Shown here piece after piece: positions 12,975 to 25,334 of a stretch of DNA of 64,000 nucleotides. A program made the translations under genes and the position numbers. The notes below the pieces were generated by a model that had not been told where the DNA came from, ran no database searches, and saw only the letters and a program-made list of their open reading frames with translations. Source of the DNA: Psilocybe cubensis (taxonomy: Eukaryota). The DNA lies in contig CM039000.1 in assembly GCA_017499595.2 (NCBI GenBank), positions 1,364,001 to 1,428,000 on the forward strand, given 5' to 3'. Position 1 is the stretch's first letter. Every line of letters starts with the position of its first letter.

Positions 12975-15323
12975 CTACCGCTTCTCAAAAGCGAATCCGA
13001 TGTATATATCTAGTGCGTGCAATAGTGAAAGATGATCAGCCACTTGCTCAAGGGTATCACGGAGAAAGGGAAAAAAAGATTTGCAAAAATAAAGAAGTGA
13101 CGTACTTGCAGCTTCCCATTGATCGTCCGTCATCGAGCTTTCACCATTCTCGTTGACGACCTTCATGCGAATAAGGAGGGGTTGGAATTCGGGATGTTCC
13201 ATGTGTTCCTGGAAGACTTCGTGGAACGGTTTTCTGTAGATTGGATGCAGACCATACTCTGCGGCCATTCTAAAAATGAACGTGAGTCAGAAACAGGATA
13301 AGAGGCAGTGTGTCGAGTTGGAAATTAAAATGGAGAAGAATGTGTGGAGACTTCAAAAGTCAAGGAACATAACAGAAACTATAGAAAGAAGAAGGATAGA
13401 AAGACTGTGAACGTAAATAGAGTTCAAAGATAGCAGAGATGTAATGATGAACAGGACAGTTCATTGGGAATAAGAATTTGGTGACGTGAAATTGAATAAC
13501 GGCTCCGTGATGATTGGGAGAAAGGCACTCGGGGGTCTAAACGAAGCGGTGGCGGGACACACGATACAGAGTCGAGGCTATGAGCGCCCACTACACCAGG
13601 TGATGATTTGATATGGGTTTCGAGGGATTTTGTGTAACGTGAGAGAACAGTAAGTGTGAAAAAGTATAAAACAAAACAAAATGGTAACAAGCAGACAATG
13701 AGACGAAATGGAGGACAGAAGGCCGTCTGTCTATCTGTGTTTCCGGTCTCATCGACGTCAGTCCGCACAAAAGATTAACAAGTGAAAGACAAGATGATAA
13801 TGGGGAAAGTGCGTGTTTCAGAATTGAAAGACATACTGCACAAAATTATCCCACCGGACGACGTATTCCGGTACATTTTCCACGGCATCTTGAAGGAAGA
13901 AGGTATATTTATGACCAAACACAGGGCGTTCACGATCTTCAAAGGTAATCCTGTATACCGAATTGCCGAATGAAAGGTCGTCAGTGTCTTCAGGGATTTC
14001 GTCGAGACGGTCTCTGAACATGGTGCGGTGATCGCGGCAAAAATCCCAGGCAGTGAACAGATGCAATGTCAGGAAGATACGGATAACCACAATTGGATTA
14101 ATGAAGGAATGTGGTTAGTTGAGATGGTAGTACATTTGATATGAAGAAAAAATACGCACAGGAGAAAATCTGCGTTTGGTATTGTACCGATGAAGACACC
14201 ACCTTTCCGTAAATACCGACTGACATTATCGAGCATACATCGCGCCTTCTGCACAGTCTCGAATGCGTAGTGCATACAGAATTGCATGGAGACTACGTCA
14301 AACGGTTGTGCTAGTTTAGCGGGTGGGAATGCCTTCGAGATCGGTTGTGAAAAGCAGTCCAAGGCAGCAAACATTGCATCAAATCGAGGCCCACGTAGAC
14401 TCTCCCAACGTCCTCTAGCCTGGTCAACGGACACGGCAGCGATGTCTAGAGCGATTCCATAAATACTATGCACGAAGGTTGACATAAACGAGACGCACCA
14501 GCACCGAGATATTCTTTGATATGGGCCTTAGCCCACTTTGTAGTGTCGCCGCCCTTCCCGCATCCCAGATCTAGCACCTTTCCTCTAGCTATTCGCATGC
14601 GACCCGGTCCTGCAAGAGGGCCTGATACAGAGCTTTTTTCGAATACAGGATGTCCAAATCGGGTGATAAGAACCGACTTGACCCAGTTGTTGAAAGCCTT
14701 GAGACCGATAATAGGGGATAATGAGCGTTGTTCGACACCAACATCAGGCCGGGAGTTATCTAGATGCCTGTATATGAGTGCATTCAATAGATAGTTGGCT
14801 GACTATGCTTACAATGGTGAGCAACGATACCAACATCGCCTGTATGCCGCTTCACCGGTCGTGATTCCTCCTCTGGCTCATCACTCGCTGCACGTTTCCG
14901 TTTCGACGTAAGTCGTATGGCTCCGGCGCCACGAAAGTTCTTGTATTTCTCGATCTCTGACTGGCTAAGCGGAATGAGAACAGAATCGGCCTTTGTTATA
15001 CGTTTGCGAGGATTGTAGGGTATAGAAATGGGGGAAGCTGTCGAGCGTGGGGGCGCTGAATCTGCGGACGATGATGACGGTCTCGGTGACTCTACAAAGG
15101 ACTGTCTTCGAGATTCTGCTGGTGAGATGTAGTTAATGTCCATAGAAGACCTGCGTATGGGCTCGAGAGAGGCGAGGGCGTCGTCCTGGGGCGAGAGCAG
15201 TGAATGTATTGAGGAGTGGCGGGGAGGGGGGGTACTGTCGTCCTGGTTGAGGAGAACAGAGAGGTGGGTGGCCCTCCGTTGTATGGGTGAGTTGAGGACA
15301 GCATCGCGGACTGGATCAAACAT
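12975..15323 (-). CDS. ABD1: mRNA cap guanine-N7 methyltransferase
   Basis: [21 protein letters not shown] motif [37 protein letters not shown]-terminus [15 protein letters not shown]. Contains a 567-nt intron (13836-13270). Confidence 0.95.
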
Positions 15324-15408
15324 TCTGTTATTTCATGAAAACAACTCGACTTGACTAGACTACAGACTACAAACTACCACACAGCTGATGTAAGCATTTC
15401 CATCACAG

Positions 15409-18400
15409 TCACTTCCTGCCCGAAAGCCACTCCTTCAAATCCTCCGTCGATCGCTATGTAATTTTCGTAACAAATCAGTTAGTGTTCACACTCTAAACGC
15501 ACGGGTCATTCGCACCTCCCGGTAGTCCGTCCTCGCTCGGATGCTGTCCAACGCCTGCGCCAGCGATTGGTTATATTTAGACTTGTCCTTGTCCTGCATC
15601 AATGCGTGTCAGTCCACAGTGGGAATCATCCGCTCTATTGACTTTTGCCTACCTGGAAGAATGCCTCAACCTTGGCATAGTCTTCCTTTGTCGAGTAGAA
15701 ATTGATAGTTTGCTAGTACCCGATATTCAGCAAACTGCTGCAGTGTTTCTTCACGCAGGACTCACCGAAATCAGCGTTCCGAGAGTGAAATTACCCTCGA
15801 ATCGCTTGTACAGCTGCACAGAATATTGTCAAAGTTTAAGACATTTGCGTGCATCAACGTTACTTACCGCATCATATTCATCTTGGAGGTACTTGGTCAG
15901 TGCCCTCCTTGCCTTGTAGTTCGTGGCTAATGAGGCGAAGAAGTAGATGACGTCCTGATCTCTAGCTTTAGTCGAGATGAATTTGAAAGTATCTTCAAGC
16001 AAGGCTTCGTTTTGGGTAACTCCCATAGCACGACTTGAAAACACAAAACATGAACAAAGTTACTTTAGCAGTTCATTCATTTTAAGACTTACATGGCCGC
16101 GATCTTCTCAGATGGAGTTTTGGGCTTGTCATAAATCTTCACCATGGCATCGTACTCCGCGCGACCTCCGTGTTCAACGGCCTAGAGAATCTACCGTTAG
16201 CCGTTCTCTGGGCGCAAAACCACACCGCCGGATCGTAATGCTTACCGCACTGTAAATGACCCGCTGAAGATCAGCGGGAATTTTGGAGTCATCGCCAGTC
16301 TCCTGGTACAGCCTAAATCGACCTCGCAATTCATTTGTAACGCTATTCGCCCGCCCGTCAGCTCATTAGATAGTGATTTGACGTCAAGGCATCTCAAAAC
16401 GGATGAAACGTACCCTTCATCCCCCGCTGCATATGCATGTCCGACCGCAAGAGTCCTAAGCTGGGAAGCATCGATACTTTCATCTTTAGGGTAATCGTAT
16501 CCAAGGTTTTTGACCAAAGGAACGAAGAGGCTCTGTAACCCGTCAGGAACTTGTCAGCGCAATTGTATTGTCTAAGCCAAATATCCACTTACTCGGCTGA
16601 ATGCATCGAGCTTCTCCGTAATTTCGGGGGACTCCCACCAGACATCCTTCACACCTCCAAGGCTTCCGGAAATGCCCTGCCATACAAGGACTAAAACAGA
16701 CATTGGTGGGCGCACTATTGTTATTATAAGCAACGACGTACATTCTTTCTCGCTCTTCAAACCATCGACCAAGTTCAAAGAGCTGCTCAGCTTGCTGAAC
16801 CCAGCTCTCGCTAACGCCATGGCGTCGTACACGAGACCCATCCTGTCCTCCAAGGAGAAGACAGAATTTTCCTTGGCTGCTTCAGCAGCAATCAAAGCCA
16901 GTCGCTCTGGAGTGTACAAAACTCGGTCTACATACAGAATATTAGGGAAAGAATTCAAATGCCAATGAAAATTGAAGATGTACGCACAAACACCATTGGT
17001 TCCAGCATTCAATTTAAATGGTTTGGTTGTGTCCAATGGAATTGACTTCTCGCGTTCAGTCAAGATTGGTGTCCTGTCAATGACAGCCTTCCCGTCTTTG
17101 GTTGACAAGATACTCAAAGGGATATTCCTAAGACGTTAAGTTAATAAATTATGTTAATAGATTCTAAGTAAATGTTTACCAGATAGTCTCGTTGTCCTTG
17201 GGCTCAGCAGGGCCCGTCTCCAGAAATCGGTCCTGACGAACGGTGATTCCGTTTTCATTCTCAGTAACAGTGACAACAGGGAAACCAATCTTGGTGATCC
17301 AATTTTCCATAAGCTCTGTGATGTTAAGTCCAGTAGAGGTGCTGATGCCATCCCAGAGATCGTGCGTGACGCTATTTGCAAAGAGCTTCTTCTTGAGGTA
17401 AATGGAAACACCTTTGAGGAACTTCTCCTCGCCAACATAATAGGACAACATGCGAAGTACTACATGCGCAAACTTTGTGAGTGCTTCCATTACAGTAAAT
17501 GGGGTATGGAAGCTTACCTGAAGCAGCTTTGGAGTAAGACAATGCATCGAAGATCTGTAAACCGAAACGAGAAATTGGGCTCGGCAAATGGGGTTCAATA
17601 AAAATAAAATACACACCTGGTTGATATGATTAGCATCAGGGCATTCGACCTCAATGGGATGAGAAGAGAGCTTGGAGTCGAGACTCAACGCGCGGCTAAG
17701 ATGATCAGTGATGAATTCCGAGTTGACACGCCATTCTGGGTACACTCTATGAATTTATTTAGCATTCTGGGTCAAACTGGGCACTGGAAGAAATGTTTAC
17801 CTGTCTACCTATAGTCAATACACAATATCCTAAAAGAAAGCACAAAGTAGACATACCTGGTATAATCACTTCGCCCATCTAGAACAATTCGTAATCAGAA
17901 CCCTGGAAGTTTTGGAAAAAGCCATCATACCAAAGTAGCAAAACCTGGTCGAAGAATATTAATGAATTGTGAAAACAATGATGAGGATCGTTAGGATCTG
18001 ACCTTCGTTAAGATAAAGATAGTTCCACCATTCCATCGTTGTGATATTTCCAAACCACATGTGCGCGACTTCGTGACTCTGGACCGAGGCGACGCGCTTC
18101 TTAGCCTGCAAATCGATGCGCTCAGGATCAAGCAAGAACGCGTTCGTGCGCCCAGTAATCAACCCCCAGTTCTCCATGGCGCCTGCATCGAAATCGCTTG
18201 CCTATTCCAATAATTAATAATACGCAGATGAAGATATCAATTAGCTACATACAACGAGGGTATCCAACTTGGGAAGGGGATACTCGACGTCGAAGATTTT
18301 CTCGTAAAGAGGAAGAACAGCGGCCTTGACATCGAGAGCATACTGCGCCTGGTGTATAAGGTCAGGAGTAGCTACATTTTAATAAAATGAGCAAACTAAA

Positions 18401-19668
18401 AAAAAATAGTTTTCACTTGTTTAGACGCTTACTGTAAATCCGAAGGGGGATTGTCTTTCCGCTCAAAGGCATGACGACTGATGTTTCCAAGAATTTGAAG
18501 GGACCATTGGCTACCGCGACAATGTATGAAGACATTGGAGGTGTCTTCTCAAACTTGGTAATTTTCCACTCCTCATTTTTGGTGGAGGCGACAATATCCG
18601 CGAGTTCAGGGGCTGAATTGACGCCGTCCTGAAGCGGCTCTTCAGATATAGCAGGCATGTTGCTCAAGCTGACGGTGTTGGCACGAGAAATCATGGTGAT
18701 AGAGAAGGTTGCCTTGAGGAGAGGCTCGTCCCAGCAGGGGAACGCGCGACGTGCAGCAGTAGGCTACGGGAGAACTGGGTCAATACCACGAAAACGTAAC
18801 ATAAGGGTGGATGCATGCCTCAAATTGTGTAAGTGCATAATATTCGGTCTTTCCTTCATTCTCCCAAGACGACTTGTAGTACCCCATCATAGCTCCGGTG
18901 AGCTTTCCAGCGAAGGCAATCTTCAACTCGGCTTTAGAACCAGCAGGAAGCTTGTCAGTCAATTGGTATGTGACGCGCTCCTGTGTCTTGTCAATCGCGG
19001 TGACGCTTGTAACTTGTTCTGTCTTCAGAGCATCAGAATAGAGAGAACTAAAACATTCTAGATGATTATCTTCGATCCAATCCAAGATAAAAATTTGACT
19101 ACGTACGCTTTTCCAAGATCCAAGTCAGTGGCGTTGAGAACAATTTGAGACGTCTCCGCCTTAACATCCAGGCTTGCAAGAACAATGGTTAAACAACTGA
19201 ACGATGTTGAGATATAGTTTCATACCTAATCTTGACGAGACCCTCAAATGTAAGATTCTCGAGGTCCGTCTTGATAGTTACATCGTAGTGGGTTGGTTTA
19301 ACATCGGTGGGGAGACGGTATTGGTCTGCGTCACCAGAACTGGCAGTAGTCGACATCCTGGCAAGAAGTGAAAGTTTGGACGAGACTGATTTGGTAGATG
19401 GGGCAGAAAGGGTAGAGACACTTCCTGTGTTCAGATTACGGGAATTGGCGGTTTTGTATTTCCTGGACGGGACTTCCGGCCTTCGACCCAGAGAACTGAT
19501 TTGAACTGTCTGGTGAGCACATGGCCGAGAGCCACTTGTCTGAAATCCAATCCATCTCGTGGTCGCTATACTTGGTAGCACATGTTCGCGCGACTGTGTG
19601 CCGTGTGCTGCAGCAAGCCCTACGTTGCGGAAGACGCGCTGTCGAACGCGCAAGAGGTAAGACGACAT
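15409..19668 (-). CDS. M1-family zinc aminopeptidase (Ape2/puromycin-sensitive type)
   Basis: YRLPTDVKPTHYD, TQFEPTAARRAFPCWDEP, GAMENWGLIT, HEVAHMWFGN...WW..LYLNEG, ERAP1-like C-terminal region ending STEDLKEWLSGRK*. Second in-frame ATG at 19356. Confidence 0.93.
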
Positions 19669-20163
19669 ACCCCCTTTGGTCCCCGTTTCCGACTTTAATT
19701 AACTAGCTCTATTTTCTCGTGATACAATTCTTGCCTGATGCCGAAGTCGCAAATGCACTTTTCGGTTACGCTACACAACATCGCGTGTACTAAGCAAATT
19801 ACGATTACAGGACCACTATCAAGCACTGGTACAGACTATTTCAACGTCGTTTGAAGAAAAAACTGGCCCAAAAGTTAGCATTTATACATAGTCCTAAAAA
19901 GAAGCTTTCGTCGAGGTATTATTAGTCTATTGGCAGGCATGAGTCTTAGCACACCCTTGTACAGGTCATATCAGGTTGGAAAGACCCACACCAGGTTTCA
20001 GGCCTTCGGAAGAAACCAGGTTGCCAAAGAAGCCCAAGAAAGAATGAAAACCTATATGCTGTATCCAGAGAGCATGTTGAGTACAAAAGGCCAAGAATGT
20101 TATTGTTTTGAGAGACGTAGAAATGTCAATTCCGATCGTTGTCGAGTATCAGTACGATTTGAT

Positions 20164-23100
20164 TCAACGCCTGATTGATGGATTCGATAGAATCTCAGGC
20201 AATTTAGGAAACAATGTTTTTGGGAATTTCCTAGAGAGACTTCGACCATTGTGTTCCAAGACAATGTTTTTGTAGCATTGGTTGAGTTGTTCAGAACATT
20301 TTCGAAAGTCATGAACGGCATTAGCGATAATCGTGACTTGATTCGTGTACTCGGCTTCGAGGTCAACTAAATCGTTAAAATGATGAATACTACGGGGGAA
20401 AACAATGAGTGGGGTTGTCATGTGGAATGATATGGCAGGAGTGGAAAAGAAGAGGTAACCTTTGATTCGATATTTCTTTGAGATCCCGAGCAGCGTTTTC
20501 AAGAATCGTTTGTTGACCAAAACGGAGGTCTGTTGATACTCCTTCGAAACGACGGGCAACTTTATTGATGATTCCCTGTACAGTCACAGGATAAATCGAT
20601 AGCTTGAACTAATCCTGTTGAGCTTACTTCATTTAACTTATCTAGTATCTGCAGCAAATTGATATTTTAAAAAATCAGCAAAATGAGCGTCTGTGACTTA
20701 CACTGATGATCTTATCCATGGGCTGGATTTTATGTTCGAACGTAGTCCTGTTACTTCGCGGATCTATGGCTTTCCTAAAGACTGGACCTGGACTCTTATC
20801 TGTTGCCGTTACTGGATTAAAATCTATAATACCAGTAAGAAACGGAATTGAAAAAAACTGGTCAGCCAACCGTCCAGGTCTGATATTCGAGTCTGAGTTC
20901 GCGCCCAATCTTGTTTGGAGTTGTGCACACGTAGCCGTGGATGGTGTTTAGTTTTCATCAAATCAATGTCGATCGAGGACTTGTGATGATGTGTATAAGT
21001 GTCGGCGGTGACATTCATTCGCTTAATTTCCGTAACCTGGATCTTCGCTTCTCGAGGTTTGGAGAGTGGCGATTGTTCGATACCTACAATTCCGAGAGTT
21101 TCTGGGTAAGAGTCGATCTTTTCGATATTAACTCGGGAAGATGTTGGAATCTGCAGTCTCGGCGGGAGCGGTGATGTTTCTTTCGGAAATCCTTCAGGAG
21201 AGACTGCATCCGAATTCAATGTATCACCTTCACTTTGCATGAAAGGCTGTTGTGCATCCTGTTTAAATATGACAAGCTTTTCTGCCTTAGTAAGCGCCGC
21301 CGGTTTCCCGACTGCAATTGCTTTGGATCGCAACTCGACATCAGTGCCAGCCTTCGACAAGTCATTGGTTGAATGGTGGTCTAGGGTAGTTTGCTTGGGG
21401 GACTCAGGCTTGCCTGGAAGGTGTTTCTTGGCAGTCTGCATCAACGACGTGTCGAAAATTGGTGGCTTTTGAGGAGAGACGTCGCGGGTTAGATCAATTA
21501 GAACGGGATCTGACTTTACTTTAGGAACCGGAGAGACAGAAGGAGAGACAGAAGTCCCAGAGCCGAGCTGAAAGTACTAATTAGTGAGCGATGGAATATC
21601 CATTCTCTTGTTCTTGTCAAGTACCTTTGTCGGAATGATATAATCGTGGAATGTCTGGCCATAGTCGCCACTTTGATTATCAGTGTCCGATGAACCGTTC
21701 TGAATAGTTACTTGCGCCTTCATGTAATCAAGGGCGAGTGATGCATGCAAATTATCTCGAGTCCCAGCATTGGGCATCAAATCCTGGACCTTGTTGTCAT
21801 TCACCACTTCCGATGTCAAGTCATTCTGCGGTAAAAAGTTCATTTTTTCCCATGGAGCTTTGTCGGCCTTCTTCAAGGCGCGAGGTGGTTTTTGTGTTGG
21901 TTTCTTGGTCGCCTGGATAGTGGCTACTCGTGTCGACCGCCTATTGGACGTTTTGTCTGGCTGTTCGACAACACACTTAGTGAACGATTGAAATCGACAA
22001 GGCAATGAGTGTAGTTGTGAAACAAAACGTACAGAATCGTCCGCCTTTTCATTCGAAGCAACAAGTGTTACGTCAGGATCTGAGTAGATGGCTTGTCGTG
22101 GAGTTGCGGGTTTGGGAATGTTATCCTCTGGCTTCTTACGAATGGCTCTGTCTGCTTTTTTCACTGGAGCACGCTTGCCTGTTGCAGCTGCCTTACCGTT
22201 CTTGCCTTTCATTTGATTCCTTTTAGTGTCCTTAGTGGTACGAGGGATTTCATCGAACTTGAGTTCCTTTATCATTGGGGATGAGGTGCTTGAGACTTGT
22301 GCTTTTTTGGTGGCATGATCGCTGGATCCCTCGGACAGCTTTTGAGGGTCCAACCGAAGGTTTTTCGCATGACGAGTCTCCTCCCTGGCAGAATTGTCTT
22401 CTCCAAGAGCATCATGAAGTCTCTTTCTTATCCCTTTGGTACGATTGAGGTCGAGAAATGGCTCATGATTCACTAGGTTCTGGGCAACATTCTTTTCCTT
22501 GACCGGTTGCTTGGTGGTTCGTAGACTGCCATTGGGCTCGTCAAGCTGCGGATGCTCCGCGAGCCGGACTGCAGGAGACATGATAACCGGAGTCGTCGCA
22601 ATAGTTTGATTCACAAACGGGTCGGTATCACCCTTGCCAGTCGGATGTTCAGTTCCACTTGCGTCGTCGTCGTCGTCGGTGATAGAGATGAACCTCCTCC
22701 TTCTGTGTGTAGGTTTAGACCTTATTTGAGAGAACCCCTCTTCAGAACTTTCATCGTGCGCCACGGCAGGTGTAAGTATTTCTGAGTCAAGAACAGAACC
22801 CTTCGGTTTATTTTGTTGCTCACTTGCGCGTATCTCTCGGTGAGTTTGAATAGAATGGAAGGTAAGTTCACCATTGGAGACAAAAACTGTGGCTGTGGTT
22901 TTGAAATCCTCGCCGGCGTCGGTCTCTTGAACCTCCGTTTGTCCGTCAGATTGCTTTTTTGCTTTTAAATGCATAGACACCAACGGAGTCGAGTAAACTG
23001 TATCGAGGTGTTCTGAATTTGGCGTTTTATCTGCCCAAACTGTCGATGCAATAGCTTAAAAATGACTTCTTTTCTGAAAGATTACGTGGCATTATCAACT

Positions 23101-24935
23101 TACGTTGAGACAGACTCTGAACTCTGTCCTGACCGATAGATAATCCTGTGAGCAACGGGTTTGAAACTGGAGAAGACAAATCACCCTTCTAAGATCTAAG
23201 GAGTCCTGTTTTTCAAGTTCGAAGTCGAGACTAATCTCCTGAGCTTTGGATTGCTTCCGTCTGGGATAATTTTCGAGTTTTTTCTGCAGGAGCTGTCAAA
23301 CTTCTGCTTCTTTTCCGTGAGGTTAAGTTTTACCATTAACTTTCTGTGCTTCATAACCTGTTTGAATCTCTCCAGAAATTTGTACACGATATGCCAGGAA
23401 AGGACCAACTCCGTGCCAGTTGCATCGACAGCATGGATGGGTTTGTCTCCCAGTACTGGTGCCCTCGTTACGCTTGCTGTTATCAATATTTTATCGTGGC
23501 CTAGAGTAGAGAGAGAGGTAGTAATATTTGATATTGTGGAAAAAGGGATGTGAAGTGTTTCAATTTTTCCATGCTAAAAGGGAATGAGATTTAAAAAATC
23601 TAGCAATTTACTTCATGTAAGCTCACTTGATCCACATTTGCCACAAATTCTGATATGTCGATGTAGAACACCGAAGTATCTATGCACATAGTGTCCAACG
23701 TCAATCCTGAAACCTCAAAGGGTTGGGGGCTGCTTTAATATTCAGAGGTGCGGTCATATATGAGGAAACCGTTTACTAACAACGTGATATCAGACTCTGC
23801 CAATTCTTTCAGTATCTGTGTTGACGTAACACTCCAATCAGGGTTAGCAATATCTTCGAGGGTACGCGTTATTTGGTCACTGCAGATGAAAATAGAGGGA
23901 TCGAACACATCCTTAATAAAATGTGCACGGTTTTGGCGACCGTTTTTCACAGGAGGTATCAGCAAAGCAAAAAGCTCCAGCAAAGATTCCAGTGCCAGAT
24001 AGTCTGCAAGTTCAGTCAGAATAGCAACAAATATAAGCCACTGATAGTTACCCTTTGTCTGTGATATGGTGAAACCTAACCGTTTACTGGAGCATCCGTA
24101 ATAAGTGACGGTTTAATAAGAAAAATATGAAAATTCACTGACCTGCCTATTAAATCGGGTTCTCGTAATTTTACAGCATTTTTCGGTGTTGCCTCAACTG
24201 TGGTCATAAGAAGTTGATATACCTAAGGAATAAGGAATACGAGCATTGAGCGCATATATGCACATTTTTGCAAAGAAACGGGACAAACAGTAGAAAGCAA
24301 ACTGCCATCATGATCCAAAGGCGAACCCCCAGACGCACAAAAAAAGACAGGGCATAACACAGCATACAAAACAGTCCCGACAGCTTCACGATGTTTGCCT
24401 ATGGCAAATAACGTTGTTTGTCGTTGCGGTCTAAGTTTTTATTTGCACTCACTATTAGCATCCTCTTCGAGAAAATCCTTTCCAAGAAAAAGTTATAAGA
24501 AGGCACTAGTGGTTTGAATATGACAGTTGTGAGAAAGTCATACCAAAAGTCCAGAAAATAGAGATTTTAATACTGCTTCCCAGGAGCGCTTCGATCCACT
24601 AACGTGTTTGACTGTCGGTAGTCTGTGTTGATGGATGTACCTGAAAACGGCGACAACATATTCCAAAGTTAATGACAGTGATGTTCGGTATAATGACAAT
24701 AAGCGCCCTCGAAGGAGTTGGGCGAGTCTTGAGAATGTACTCTCTGAGGTTGAAGACAGTTCCTTTTGGTTATTGGATTAGACCTAGCATTTCATTATTG
24801 TCGATGACTCACAAATAGAATAACTGTCGATGAAAGTTGAGATACTGCATCCTCAATATCAGGGGCCTTCGTGGTGGCCCTCCTTATTTTTGGTTCATTT
24901 CGGAGGTTTTGTATGGCCAATTTAATAGCATCCAT
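20164..24935 (-). CDS. Large multi-exon protein, possibly a meiotic axis protein of the Red1/Rec10/SYCP2 class
   Basis: Helical N-terminal region (KLREPDLIG...TKDYLALESLLELFALLIPP), then a beta-rich region (PQPFEV...VFYID...ETLHIPFSTI), a long K/S/T-rich disordered middle and a C-terminal coiled coil. The gene is well supported; the family call is inferred. Start at 24935 is approximate. Confidence 0.5.
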
Positions 24936-25334
24936 TTCATGAATTGGCGGTGTCGTATTAGTTGAACAATTAAAAACAAGGATCGATTTTTTAAGTGTGT
25001 TAGATTTGATGAAGAACGGCACTACAACGGCCAACAAAAGCAGGAGGCACCGCCAAAGCACTTTCGATCTATCCTGTGACCACAATCACGCTGTAACGTG
25101 CCCCCTTTAGTGTTCGTCGTCCACGACGGTGGACTCAAACTCTGTTCCAGAACCACCACCACAATCACATTTGTCAGAAAACCTTTTCCAAGTCATAGGA
25201 TCCATTTCAGCAAACAAAATTCACTTATACTAATACTAATTCACTTTAGTTCACTCAGCGTCTTTGTATCACCACCTGGTCATTCCATTCGATTGACTTC
25301 ACTTCAACACTTCTCGCCACACACACTCTTTTTC

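Noticed and set aside
13444-13608. Three RTGATGA box-C-like motifs in the long ABD1 intron
   Set aside because: They are antisense to the host transcript and lack a downstream CTGA box D, so a C/D snoRNA is not supported.
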